Positions 21,247-30,301 of a DNA stretch of 64,000 nt are shown here, piece after piece (the stretch's first letter is position 1; each line of letters starts with the position of its first letter). A program made the position numbers and the translations under genes. Below the pieces are notes generated by a model. It searched no databases. It worked only from the letters and a program-made list of their open reading frames with translations, and had not been told where the DNA came from. Source of the DNA: an uncultured bacterium (GTDB lineage: Bacteria; Chloroflexota; UBA5177; JANWHV01); contig CAWHAE010000014.1 in NCBI GenBank assembly GCA_963827235.1, positions 288,001 to 352,000 on the forward strand, given 5' to 3'.

Positions 21247-22104
21247 CTATGGCTTAGCGGTCAGATAGGCGGTAGCGTTGGTGATGCTGGTCGAGGATAC
21301 GGCGACTGCCACCATGTGGCCGCCCACCGTAGCCGTCGTCACGCTTACCTGGAACCCAGCGTGGATATTGTCGGCTGAGACCTGGCTGAACATATATATC
21401 TCGCTCTTGGACGACAGTGTGTAGGTTGCCGTCTTGCCTTGTGCCGTCTTGATGGTCAGCTTGGTACCCTGCACACTGGTCACAGTGCCCGCGGTAGGTA
21501 CCATGAATCGCCCAGGGTTGCCGTTGCCGCGGCCCGGAGTGCCTACCGGCGTGCCTTTGCCGGCCGGGGGCGTCCCCACCGGCATGGGATTGCCGGCGCC
21601 GGGCGTTCCTGCCGGCATGCCGGGACCTGATGTTCCGCTTGGCTGCGTTCCACTATTGCTGAGCACCTGGACAAAGCCGTAGAGACCGCCCGATGGTGCT
21701 ATTGTCACCATGGTGGGCTGCGTGGCATCGCCTAAGAACCGGACCGTCACCCTCTCTCCGGCCTTGAGGTCCGCGGCCGACGCCGCGCTCGCCACGAAGA
21801 AGCGCGTGCTCGAATACCTGGCTATGGATTGCACGCCGCTGAACGACTGCAGTTGCACGGCTTGAGCCGTGATACCCGCGAGTCTGCCGGCTACGACGTC
21901 CGAGAGTCCGGAACGCCCGCCGGGGAGTTGACCGCCGGCTCCTGGAGCACCACCCGGCCCTGGAGTGCCCGCCGACGTGGGTTGGGCCGCCGGCGAAGCA
22001 TGCGAAGCCTGCGCCGGAGCCGCGGCGTGTGAAGCCAGCGGGACGGCCATAAGCGTGCAGGCTAGGCCGATCGCGCTCAGGGTCTTCAGAGTGGACGAAT
22101 TCAT
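21247..22104 (-). CDS. Secreted protein with DUF5666-like beta domains and Gly/Pro-rich linkers
   Basis: Signal peptide ending ASHA; repeated G-x-(L/V)...AADLKAGERVTV and ADNIHAGFQVSV units. Confidence 0.7.
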   Translation of the reverse strand: MNSSTLKTLSAIGLACTLMAVPLASHAAAPAQASHASPAAQPTSAGTPGPGGAPGAGGQLPGGRSGLSDVVAGRLAGITAQAVQLQSFSGVQSIARYSSTRFFVASAASAADLKAGERVTVRFLGDATQPTMVTIAPSGGLYGFVQVLSNSGTQPSGTSGPGMPAGTPGAGNPMPVGTPPAGKGTPVGTPGRGNGNPGRFMVPTAGTVTSVQGTKLTIKTAQGKTATYTLSSKSEIYMFSQVSADNIHAGFQVSVTTATVGGHMVAVAVSSTSITNATAYLTAKP

Positions 22105-22390
22105 CTCTATCGATTCTCCAATCGAGATTCACGGCGCGATTCCCGCGCCGAACGTGCCAAAACGCAGGCTCCGTGCCGACCCGCGCGGAATCAGCGTAGC
22201 TCGCCGGCGTGACCTGGGCATGACCGAGCCATGACAGTTCTATGACGCGAGCCCAAGCATTCTCTAAGAGAGCCTCGCCCGCGCGCAGTTCCACCCTGGA
22301 CCGATTGTAGTCACCACTGCGCCGGCGGCAGGGGCTCTGAAAGTGCCGACGGCCTCAAGTCGTACTGCCCAGGCCTGTCGCCGGTTCGCG

Positions 22391-24337
22391 TCAGGACGCC
22401 ATGCCAGCTGCAACCGGTGTTGATGGCTCCTCTTCCAGGTCGGCACCACGGAACTGACTGTTGTAGAGGTCGGCATAGAAGCCGCCCTTCTGCAGCAGCT
22501 CAAGGTGTGTGCCCTGCTCGACGATCGAGCCATGGTTCATGACCAGTATGAGATCGGCGTCACGAATCGTCGACAGCCGGTGAGCGATCACGAAGCTGGT
22601 ACGACCATGCATGAGCGCCGTCATCGCCTTCTGGATTAACACTTCGGTGCGAGAGTCCACGCTGCTTGTCGCTTCATCGAGAATGAGCACCGCGGGGTCG
22701 GCCAGGATGGCACGGGCAATGGTGAGGAGCTGCTTCTGTCCCTGCGAGATATTCGACGCCTCTTCATTGATCACCGTGTTGTAGCCCTCCGGCAGCGTAC
22801 GGATAAAGTGGTCCGCATGCGCCGCCTTAGCAGCGCGCACGATGTCCTGTTCCGTGGCCCCTGCCCGGCCGTAGGCGATGTTCTCGCGTATCGTGCCGTT
22901 GAACAACCAGGTATCCTGCAGCACCATGCCGAAGAGGCCGCGCAGAGCGCCGCGGCGGATGTGGCGAATATCGAGGCCGTCGATCAGGATGTGGCCCTTG
23001 TTCACCTCGTAGAAGCGCATGAGCAGATTCACCAGCGTCGTCTTGCCCGCCCCGGTCGGCCCGACCACGGCGATCGACTGGCCGCGCTTCACGTCGATGT
23101 TCATGTCTACGATTAGGGGAGCACCCTCGACGTAGCTGAAGTCCACGTGGTCAAACACTACCTCGCCGCGCGGCGCCTCGAGCACGACCGCATCCGCAGC
23201 GTCGGCGATCTCCTCCGCCTCGTCCAGCAACTCGAACACGCGCTCCGCCGACGCCACGGTCGACTGGATAATATTGGCAATGTTGGCAGTCTGGATGATC
23301 GGCTGCGTGAACTGCTGCGAGTACTGGATGAACGCCTGCACGTCGCCGATCGAGATGCGCTTCTGGGTCACAAACACGCCGCCTACCACGCAGATGATCA
23401 CGTAGCCGAGATTGCTGACGAAGTTCATCAACGGCATCAGGATGCCGGAAACAAACTGTGCCCGCCATGCCGCGCCGAACAAGCGATCGTTGATCTCCTC
23501 GAACTCGCGAATCGAGTCCTCCTCGCGACCGAACGCTTTCACGATTGTGTGGCCGGTGTACATCTCCTCCACGTGGCCGTTCAGCTCGCCAAGACTCTTC
23601 TGCTGGGCGGCAAAGTAGCGCTGTGAGCGGCGCGCGGTCAACGCCGTCACGCCCACGTAAATCGGCATGGTGACCAGCACGATGAGGGTCAGCAGCGGGC
23701 TGATCGAGAGCATCATGATCACGATGCCGATGATCGTCACGATGGACGTGATGAGCTGCGTCAGGCTCTGCTGTAGCGTGCCGGCCACGTTGTCGATGTC
23801 GTTCGTGACGCGGCTGAGAACCTCGCCGTGCGTGCGCGAGTCAAAGAACTTGAGCGGCAGCCGGGCCAGCTTCTCGCTCACGTCCCGCCGCATGTCGTTG
23901 ACGATGTGCTGCGCCACCCCGGCCATGACGTACTGCTGGATGTAGTTGAACAGCGCGCTGACCGCGTAGAGCGCGATCAGGATGAAGACGATGCGCTCCA
24001 GGTAGCCGAAGTCCAGGCTGGGGATCGGCCGGCCTGCCTTGAACGCGGCCAGCTTGGCCAGCAGGCCCTCGACGATTTTCGTCGTCGCCTGCCCCATGAT
24101 CTTCGGGCCGGCGATATTGAACAGGGTGCTGACGATTGCGCAGCAAAACACTGCCACGAACTTCGCGCTGTACGGGCGCACGTACCGCAACAGCCGGCGC
24201 AGGGAACCGCGAAAGTCGCGGGCCTTCTCGACTGGTCTGCCGAGGGCGCCCATTGGTCCGCCCCCGTGCACGTTTCCACCTGGTCGTCCCGGTCCTCCGG
24301 GACCTCCACCGGGCCGGCCGCCGCCCCGATTCATCAT
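22391..24337 (-). CDS. Heterodimeric ABC exporter, consensus-site subunit (TM288-like)
   Basis: TMD plus GPTGAGKT, ISQGQ, ILDEATS, IAHR. Confidence 0.93.
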   Translation of the reverse strand: MMNRGGGRPGGGPGGPGRPGGNVHGGGPMGALGRPVEKARDFRGSLRRLLRYVRPYSAKFVAVFCCAIVSTLFNIAGPKIMGQATTKIVEGLLAKLAAFKAGRPIPSLDFGYLERIVFILIALYAVSALFNYIQQYVMAGVAQHIVNDMRRDVSEKLARLPLKFFDSRTHGEVLSRVTNDIDNVAGTLQQSLTQLITSIVTIIGIVIMMLSISPLLTLIVLVTMPIYVGVTALTARRSQRYFAAQQKSLGELNGHVEEMYTGHTIVKAFGREEDSIREFEEINDRLFGAAWRAQFVSGILMPLMNFVSNLGYVIICVVGGVFVTQKRISIGDVQAFIQYSQQFTQPIIQTANIANIIQSTVASAERVFELLDEAEEIADAADAVVLEAPRGEVVFDHVDFSYVEGAPLIVDMNIDVKRGQSIAVVGPTGAGKTTLVNLLMRFYEVNKGHILIDGLDIRHIRRGALRGLFGMVLQDTWLFNGTIRENIAYGRAGATEQDIVRAAKAAHADHFIRTLPEGYNTVINEEASNISQGQKQLLTIARAILADPAVLILDEATSSVDSRTEVLIQKAMTALMHGRTSFVIAHRLSTIRDADLILVMNHGSIVEQGTHLELLQKGGFYADLYNSQFRGADLEEEPSTPVAAGMAS

Positions 24338-26061
24338 GCAACTTCCTCCTCGGACAGCTGCGACGACACGATCTCCCGGTACACCTCACAGCCTGTCAGC
24401 AGCTCGCGGTGCGTGCCGATCCCGGCCACGCCGCCGTCTTCCAGCACGATGATGCGGTCGGCGTCTATCACAGTGGCCACACGCTGCGCCACGATCAGCA
24501 CCGTCGAATTGCTTATCTCCTTCTTCAGTGCCGCGCGCAGCCGCGCATCGGTCTTGAAGTCCAGCGCCGAGAAGCTATCGTCGAATACATATATCTCCGG
24601 CAAGCGGGCGAGCGCACGGGCAATCGAGATGCGCTGCTTCTGGCCGCCCGACACGTTCGTGCCGCCCTGCGCGATGGTCGCTTCCAAGCCGCCCTCCATT
24701 GAGAGCACGAAATCGCGTGCCTGCGCCACCTGCACGGCGCGCATCACGTCGCTTTCGCTCGCCGCGGGACTGCCGTAGCGTACATTACCCTCGATGGTGC
24801 CGGAGAAGAGTACGGCCTTCTGAGGCACGAACCCGATTTTGTGCCGCAAGTAGCTCTGGCTCATCTGGCGCACGTCCACGCCGTCGACCAGCACCCGGCC
24901 GGAGTCGACGTCGTAGAAACGTGGGATGAGATTGACCAGCGTGGACTTGCCTGAGCCCGTGCTGCCTACGATAGCCGTGATCTCTCCGGGTTCCGCCGAA
25001 AACGAGATGTGGCTCAGGGCAGGCTGTTCGGCACCCGGGTAGCTGAAGGTCACGTCATCGAACTCCACGAATCCGTGCTCCTTCTCCGCCTTCACCGGCT
25101 CAGTGGGATCGTTGATCTCTGGCACCGTGTCGAGAACCTCGTTAATGCGTGCAGCTGACGCGGCGCCGCGGGGCACCATGACAAACATGAAGGAGAACAT
25201 CAGGAACGCGAACATAATCTGCATCGCGTACTGGATGAACGCCATCAGCGATCCAACTTCCATGTCCCCATCGTTGATGCGCACGGCGCCGAACCAGATT
25301 ACGGCCAGAGCCGTGAAGTTCATGATCAGCATCAGGGCAGGCATCATGTACGCCATGATGCGGTTGACGCGAATGGCGTTGTCCATCAAGTCGTCATTCG
25401 CCCCGGCAAAGCGCTTCTGCTCCTGCTCAACCCTGTTGAATGCCCGAATCACCCGGATACCAATGAGCTGCTCGCGCAGCACCAGGCTGAGCTTGTCGAT
25501 CTTGATCTGCATGAGCTTGAAGAGCGGCATGCTCTTGCGCGCTATCAGCGTGATGAACACGATGAGCACAGGCACCGACACCGCGAGCACGAGAGTGAGC
25601 GGGCGATCCAGTGAAACGGCCATGATAATGCCGCCGATACACATCATCGGCGCGCCCAACATCAGGCGCATCATAATCAAGGTCACCATCTGCACCTGGG
25701 TGACGTCGTTGGTCGACCGCGTGATCAGCGTCGCCGTGCCAAACTTGTCGATCTCGTGCAGTGAGAAGCTCTCCACGCGCCGGAATATCTTCGAGCGCAG
25801 GATCTGCCCGAAAGCCATCGACGTGCGGGCGGACAGGAAGCTTGCGGCCACCGAGCACACCGTGCCTCCGGCCGCCACTCCCAGCATGGCAGCGCCGATC
25901 CTCATGATGTAGTGCACGTCGTCATGCAGTATTCCGGTGTCGACAATATCCGACATCAAGGTCGGTAGATAGAGGTTGGACAACGACTGCAAGAAGACGA
26001 GCACCAGGATAGCGAATAGTGACAGTCTGAAGGGAGACAGAAACCGATAGAGCTTGATCAT
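24334..26061 (-). CDS. Heterodimeric ABC exporter, degenerate-site subunit (TM287-like)
   Basis: TMD plus GSTGSGKS, VSGGQ, VFDDSFS, VAQR; ATGA overlap with partner. Confidence 0.93.
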   Translation of the reverse strand: MIKLYRFLSPFRLSLFAILVLVFLQSLSNLYLPTLMSDIVDTGILHDDVHYIMRIGAAMLGVAAGGTVCSVAASFLSARTSMAFGQILRSKIFRRVESFSLHEIDKFGTATLITRSTNDVTQVQMVTLIMMRLMLGAPMMCIGGIIMAVSLDRPLTLVLAVSVPVLIVFITLIARKSMPLFKLMQIKIDKLSLVLREQLIGIRVIRAFNRVEQEQKRFAGANDDLMDNAIRVNRIMAYMMPALMLIMNFTALAVIWFGAVRINDGDMEVGSLMAFIQYAMQIMFAFLMFSFMFVMVPRGAASAARINEVLDTVPEINDPTEPVKAEKEHGFVEFDDVTFSYPGAEQPALSHISFSAEPGEITAIVGSTGSGKSTLVNLIPRFYDVDSGRVLVDGVDVRQMSQSYLRHKIGFVPQKAVLFSGTIEGNVRYGSPAASESDVMRAVQVAQARDFVLSMEGGLEATIAQGGTNVSGGQKQRISIARALARLPEIYVFDDSFSALDFKTDARLRAALKKEISNSTVLIVAQRVATVIDADRIIVLEDGGVAGIGTHRELLTGCEVYREIVSSQLSEEEVA

Positions 26062-26294
26062 GAACGGCCGGCTCCATCTCTAGGTCCGCTCCGCAAGAGC
26101 GACCGGCAGGTTCTCATTCGGGAGGCTGTTGCTTTCAAAAGTGTAGCTACTGCTCATGCTCAGCGCCAACCGCCGAAACTATCAAATTGGGAACAGATCG
26201 GGATGCGTGTCGCGACCCTATCATACATACGACGCGAGAACAGGGTGGTGCCGCAGCTGCGCGGCATCACGTGACAGTCAAGGGGAGAGCGCAC

Positions 26295-28118
26295 ATGGCG
26301 GCTCCGCGACTCCAGAGCGCAGACGGTGTGGCATTCAGGGACTGCAACAAGAACGGCAAGCTTGATCCCTTTGAGGATCCGCGACTTTCCTGGCAGGAGA
26401 GGATCGACGACCTTCTCCCCCGCATGACGCTCGAAGAGAAGGCGGGCCTGATGTTCCAGCCTGGTGCCTTACTGAGCCGGGATGGCGCGCTCACGGAAAC
26501 CTCGTCGCGCGGCAGACCCTCCACGGCAGAGCTGATCGTGACCGGCCACCTCAGCCACTTCAACATATGGGAAGCGCCGAGCCCGCGCCGACTGGCGGAA
26601 TGGCACAACCGCGTGCAGGCTGTGGCCGAGCGCACTCGCCTGGGCATCCCGGTCACGATATCCTCGGATCCCCGGCACGGCTTCATCAGCAACATGGCAA
26701 CGTCGGCCGCGGCGTCCGACTTCTCCCAATGGCCGGAGCCCATCGGACTGGCGGCAATCGGCGACCCTGCGTTGGTCGAGCAGTTCGCGGACATTGCCCG
26801 CCGCGAGTACCTGGCGGTAGGCATCCGCACGGCGCTTCACCCAATGGCCGATCTGGCGACGGAGCCTCGCTGGGCAAGGATTAGCGGCACGTTCGGCGAG
26901 GACGCGGAGCTCGCCTCGCGTTTGGTGGGAGCGTACATTCGCGGATTCCAGGGGGCGTCGCTTGGGCCGGACAGCGTCGCCTGCATGACCAAGCATTTTC
27001 CGGGCGGCGGTCCGCAGAAGGACGGTGAGGATCCCCACTTCGCGTATGGCCGCGAGCAGGTCTATCCCGGCAGCAACTTTGACTACCATCTCAAGCCATT
27101 TGAGGCGGCCTTTGCCTCCGGCACGGCGATGATCATGCCGTACTACGGAATGCCCGTGGGCTTGCCGTTCGAGGAAGTCGGCTTCGGCTTCAACAAAAGC
27201 GTGATCACCGGTCTGCTGCGCGACAAATACGGCTTCGACGGCGTGGTGTGCACCGACTGGGGACTGTTGACCGACCAGCAGTTCGGCGACCAAACCATGT
27301 TGGCTCGGGCCTGGGGCGTGGAACACCTCGGCCTCGAGGACCGCGTGAAGAAGGTAATAGACTCCGGAGTCGACCAGTTTGGCGGTGAGGCCTGCCCCGA
27401 GGTCGTCGTGTCCCTGGTCCGGGCAGGACAGATAGCAGAAGATCGCATCGACAGGTCCGTGCGTCGCCTGCTTCGAGATAAGTTCCGCCTCGGGTTGTTC
27501 GACCAACCCTACGTAGACCCGGAGGCGGCGGAGCGGATCGTCGGGCAAGCCGAATTTAGGGAGGCGGGCGCTCTGGCCCAGAGGCGGGCGATCGTGCTGC
27601 TCAAGAACCTCGAGCGTCGGGAAGGCGGCCGGATCCTGCCGCTGCGGGACAGGCCAAAGCTGTTCCTGGACAACGTCGATCCTGCCGTCGCGGCGCGATA
27701 CGGTGAGGTGGTGAGTCGAGCGGCCGATGCGGACGTGGCCATCGTGCGTGCCTCGTCGCCCTTCGAGCCTCGCAGCGGCCCGCTGGAGAGCATCTTCCAC
27801 GCCGGCGACCTGAGCTTCACGCCGGAACAGAAAGCACGCCTGCTGATGGTCATGGCCATTGTGCCGACGATCTTCTGCATCACGCTGGATCGCCCGGCGG
27901 TCATTCCCGAGATGGCGGAGGGCTGCGCCGGCTTGATCGCCGACTTCGGTGCGGCCGACGAGGCCGTTCTCGACGTCGTGTTTGGTCGATTCGCTCCCAC
28001 GGGCCATCTGCCCTTCGAGCTGCCATCCAGCATGCAGGCCGTGCGGGACCAGATGCCGGACGTTCCTCACGACTCGGCTCGACCGCTGTTCCCGTTTGGC
28101 TTCGGGCTCTCCTATTGA
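26295..28118 (+). CDS. GH3 beta-glucosidase
   Basis: MTLEEKAG, RTRLGIP, KHFPG, MPYY, VCTDW (nucleophile Asp), FGFGLSY. Confidence 0.92.
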   Translation: MAAPRLQSADGVAFRDCNKNGKLDPFEDPRLSWQERIDDLLPRMTLEEKAGLMFQPGALLSRDGALTETSSRGRPSTAELIVTGHLSHFNIWEAPSPRRLAEWHNRVQAVAERTRLGIPVTISSDPRHGFISNMATSAAASDFSQWPEPIGLAAIGDPALVEQFADIARREYLAVGIRTALHPMADLATEPRWARISGTFGEDAELASRLVGAYIRGFQGASLGPDSVACMTKHFPGGGPQKDGEDPHFAYGREQVYPGSNFDYHLKPFEAAFASGTAMIMPYYGMPVGLPFEEVGFGFNKSVITGLLRDKYGFDGVVCTDWGLLTDQQFGDQTMLARAWGVEHLGLEDRVKKVIDSGVDQFGGEACPEVVVSLVRAGQIAEDRIDRSVRRLLRDKFRLGLFDQPYVDPEAAERIVGQAEFREAGALAQRRAIVLLKNLERREGGRILPLRDRPKLFLDNVDPAVAARYGEVVSRAADADVAIVRASSPFEPRSGPLESIFHAGDLSFTPEQKARLLMVMAIVPTIFCITLDRPAVIPEMAEGCAGLIADFGAADEAVLDVVFGRFAPTGHLPFELPSSMQAVRDQMPDVPHDSARPLFPFGFGLSY

Positions 28119-28202
28119 GCCGAGAGGCCACGCGTTACCGGGTCGCCGGGCGGAAACAGGCCTGTGCGTCGGTTCCTCGTGGCGGCGTTCCGGTGCGGAA
28201 AG

Positions 28203-28685
28203 CTAGGCGCGTGGCTTACCGCTGCCGCGTCGCAGGTAACCGCGCGTAAGGGCCTCGTCGATTCGAGGCTTATCGTAGAGTGCCTCGAGGCGCTGGACGT
28301 CGCCGCCGATGCTAAGAGAGGCATAGGACACGAGTATGCCTTTGCTGAGCTCGATCAAGCGGACGCCGGTGACGCGTACCTCGTCGAGCTCGAAGCCTAG
28401 CGACCGAAAGAAATCCTCATAGCCCGTGGGACAGAGAGGAGGGGTTCTGACGGGAAGCACCGCAGAGCCACGCAGCCGCTCGTGTGTCACTATCAGCGAG
28501 ACAATGTCGCCGAAAGGCAGGTCGATGCCTTCTGCCCTGAGATTGCCCTCCTCGCCAAAGACACGGAGAATGAATCCTTCCTCGGTCTCGACCAGCGTGA
28601 TGTGTCGAAAGACGTGGTGATCCAGGTAGCGGCCAATGGCTCGCAGAGACCCCTGATAGGTTGGGCGTTCCAGTTGTCGCATCAC
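28203..28685 (-). CDS. Hypothetical protein built from two internal repeats
   Basis: TYQGSLRAIGRYLD..ITLVETEEGF aligns with GYEDFFRSLGFELD..VRLIELSKGI; protein-like composition. Confidence 0.7.
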   Translation of the reverse strand: MMRQLERPTYQGSLRAIGRYLDHHVFRHITLVETEEGFILRVFGEEGNLRAEGIDLPFGDIVSLIVTHERLRGSAVLPVRTPPLCPTGYEDFFRSLGFELDEVRVTGVRLIELSKGILVSYASLSIGGDVQRLEALYDKPRIDEALTRGYLRRGSGKPRA

Positions 28686-29013
28686 GGCACCAGCTTTCGC
28701 GAGCCCACCGTGTCGAGAGTACTTTGATTCTACTCTCTGGACCACTCGCCATGGATGGACGCTCTAGTGTTGCAAATCGCGTGCGGCAACGTGTATGGTC
28801 GAGTCGGTGGTATTGCCGCCGGACTCGTACGGCCCTGCGCCTAGCTAGGTTGCGTGCGCGGGGCCCTTCAGACCTGGTAACCCCGGGTCCGTACCGGCGC
28901 GTGTACGAGAGGGCGCACACTCGGCCGGGCAGCAGCTCCCAAGTCAGTGCAGCTGGTGCCGGGCGGTGGCGAGTTCGATGTAGAAACAAGCAGAGTGAAG
29001 GAAGAGTGCGGTC

Positions 29014-29544
29014 GTGGATGAGTTCGTGCAGAAAGTATACGCCGTGTTGTCGACCACTCCGCTCCGCTGGATGTCGCTGACAGCCACGCTACCAGTGGAC
29101 GTTCTGACCCGCGCACCGGCACCTGGTGAATGGTCGGCCGTGGAATGCCTGCAGCATCTCCTGGACACCGAGCGAATGGTCTTCCCCGTGCGCGTACGCG
29201 CCTTTCTTTCCGGCCAGGACCTGGTGGACTTTGACGCCGACGCGCAGCATCACGACACGACCGCGGTCTCCCCAGCGCTCCTGGCGGCGCAGCTCGCCGC
29301 CACGCGGCAGGAGAGTCTCGCTCTGCTGGCAACGGTTCGCACCACCGACCTGATGAGAACCACCACACACAGCGAGCTCGGACCGGTCACCCTGCAGCAG
29401 ATGCTCAACGAATGGGCGGCGCACGACCTCATGCACACTGTGCAGGCCGAGCGCAGCATCATGCAGCCGTTCATTGCCCAGTGCGGGCCCTGGCGCGAGT
29501 TCTTCCACGACCACGACGCGGCCGTCGACTCACCAGAAAGGTGA
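29014..29544 (+). CDS. DinB-family protein
   Basis: PAPGEWSAVECLQHL.D.E, WAAHDLMH (His triad). Confidence 0.88.
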   Translation: MDEFVQKVYAVLSTTPLRWMSLTATLPVDVLTRAPAPGEWSAVECLQHLLDTERMVFPVRVRAFLSGQDLVDFDADAQHHDTTAVSPALLAAQLAATRQESLALLATVRTTDLMRTTTHSELGPVTLQQMLNEWAAHDLMHTVQAERSIMQPFIAQCGPWREFFHDHDAAVDSPER

Positions 29545-30236
29545 TAGCAGTGCTGCGAGTGACCTCGTCTCTCGAGCCGGGTGATACCCGGCGCCGTGCC
29601 GCGGTACGGGCCGGCGTGATCATCGAGGTCGTCACCGTCAGTTGGATGACCGTCGAAGCCGCGGTGGCGATAGCTGCAGGCCTGCTTGCGCGGAGCGTGC
29701 TTCTCACCACCTTCGGACTGGACAGCGTGATCGAGCTGGTCACCGGCGGCGTGCTCCTCTGGCGCCTGGTCGTCGAGACGCGAGGAAGCGCGCTTACCGG
29801 CGTGGAGCGTGCGGAGAAGCGATCTGCATGGCTCACCGGAATCGCTCTCGCCCTGCTCTGTCTCTACGTCGCGATCAGTGCCGCGGCCGCCCTGGTCTCA
29901 CACGCGGAACCGAGCCATTCAATCGCGGGAATAGCGCTCGCTTGCCTTGCCGTGGTGGCCATGCCGCTTCTGGCAAGGCGCAAGCGCGCGATCGCCGGCC
30001 AGATCGGCAGCGCCGCGCTGCGAGGCGACGCTGCTTGCTCCATCACCTGCGCATACCTGGCAGCTACCCTTCTCGTCGGCCTTGGGCTCAATGCCGCTTT
30101 CGGTTGGGGCTGGGCCGACCCCGTGGCGGCGCTTGCCCTCCTCTACTGGCTGCAGCGCGAGGCACGCGGGGCCATCGAAGGCGCTCGATCAAACAGCGGC
30201 GGCTGTGGATGCGGGGACGCATCCCGCCGAGGCTGA
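29541..30236 (+). CDS. Cation efflux (CDF-like) membrane protein
   Basis: W..VEAAVAI, FGLDSVIE, SAALRGDA, WADPVAAL; GTGA overlap with the DinB gene. Confidence 0.82.
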   Translation: MIAVLRVTSSLEPGDTRRRAAVRAGVIIEVVTVSWMTVEAAVAIAAGLLARSVLLTTFGLDSVIELVTGGVLLWRLVVETRGSALTGVERAEKRSAWLTGIALALLCLYVAISAAAALVSHAEPSHSIAGIALACLAVVAMPLLARRKRAIAGQIGSAALRGDAACSITCAYLAATLLVGLGLNAAFGWGWADPVAALALLYWLQREARGAIEGARSNSGGCGCGDASRRG

Positions 30237-30301
30237 TCTGCCGGCACACCAGGGAGCCTCGGAAACCCAGGGACTGAACCTGCGAAGGTGCTGATCGCTC
30301 G

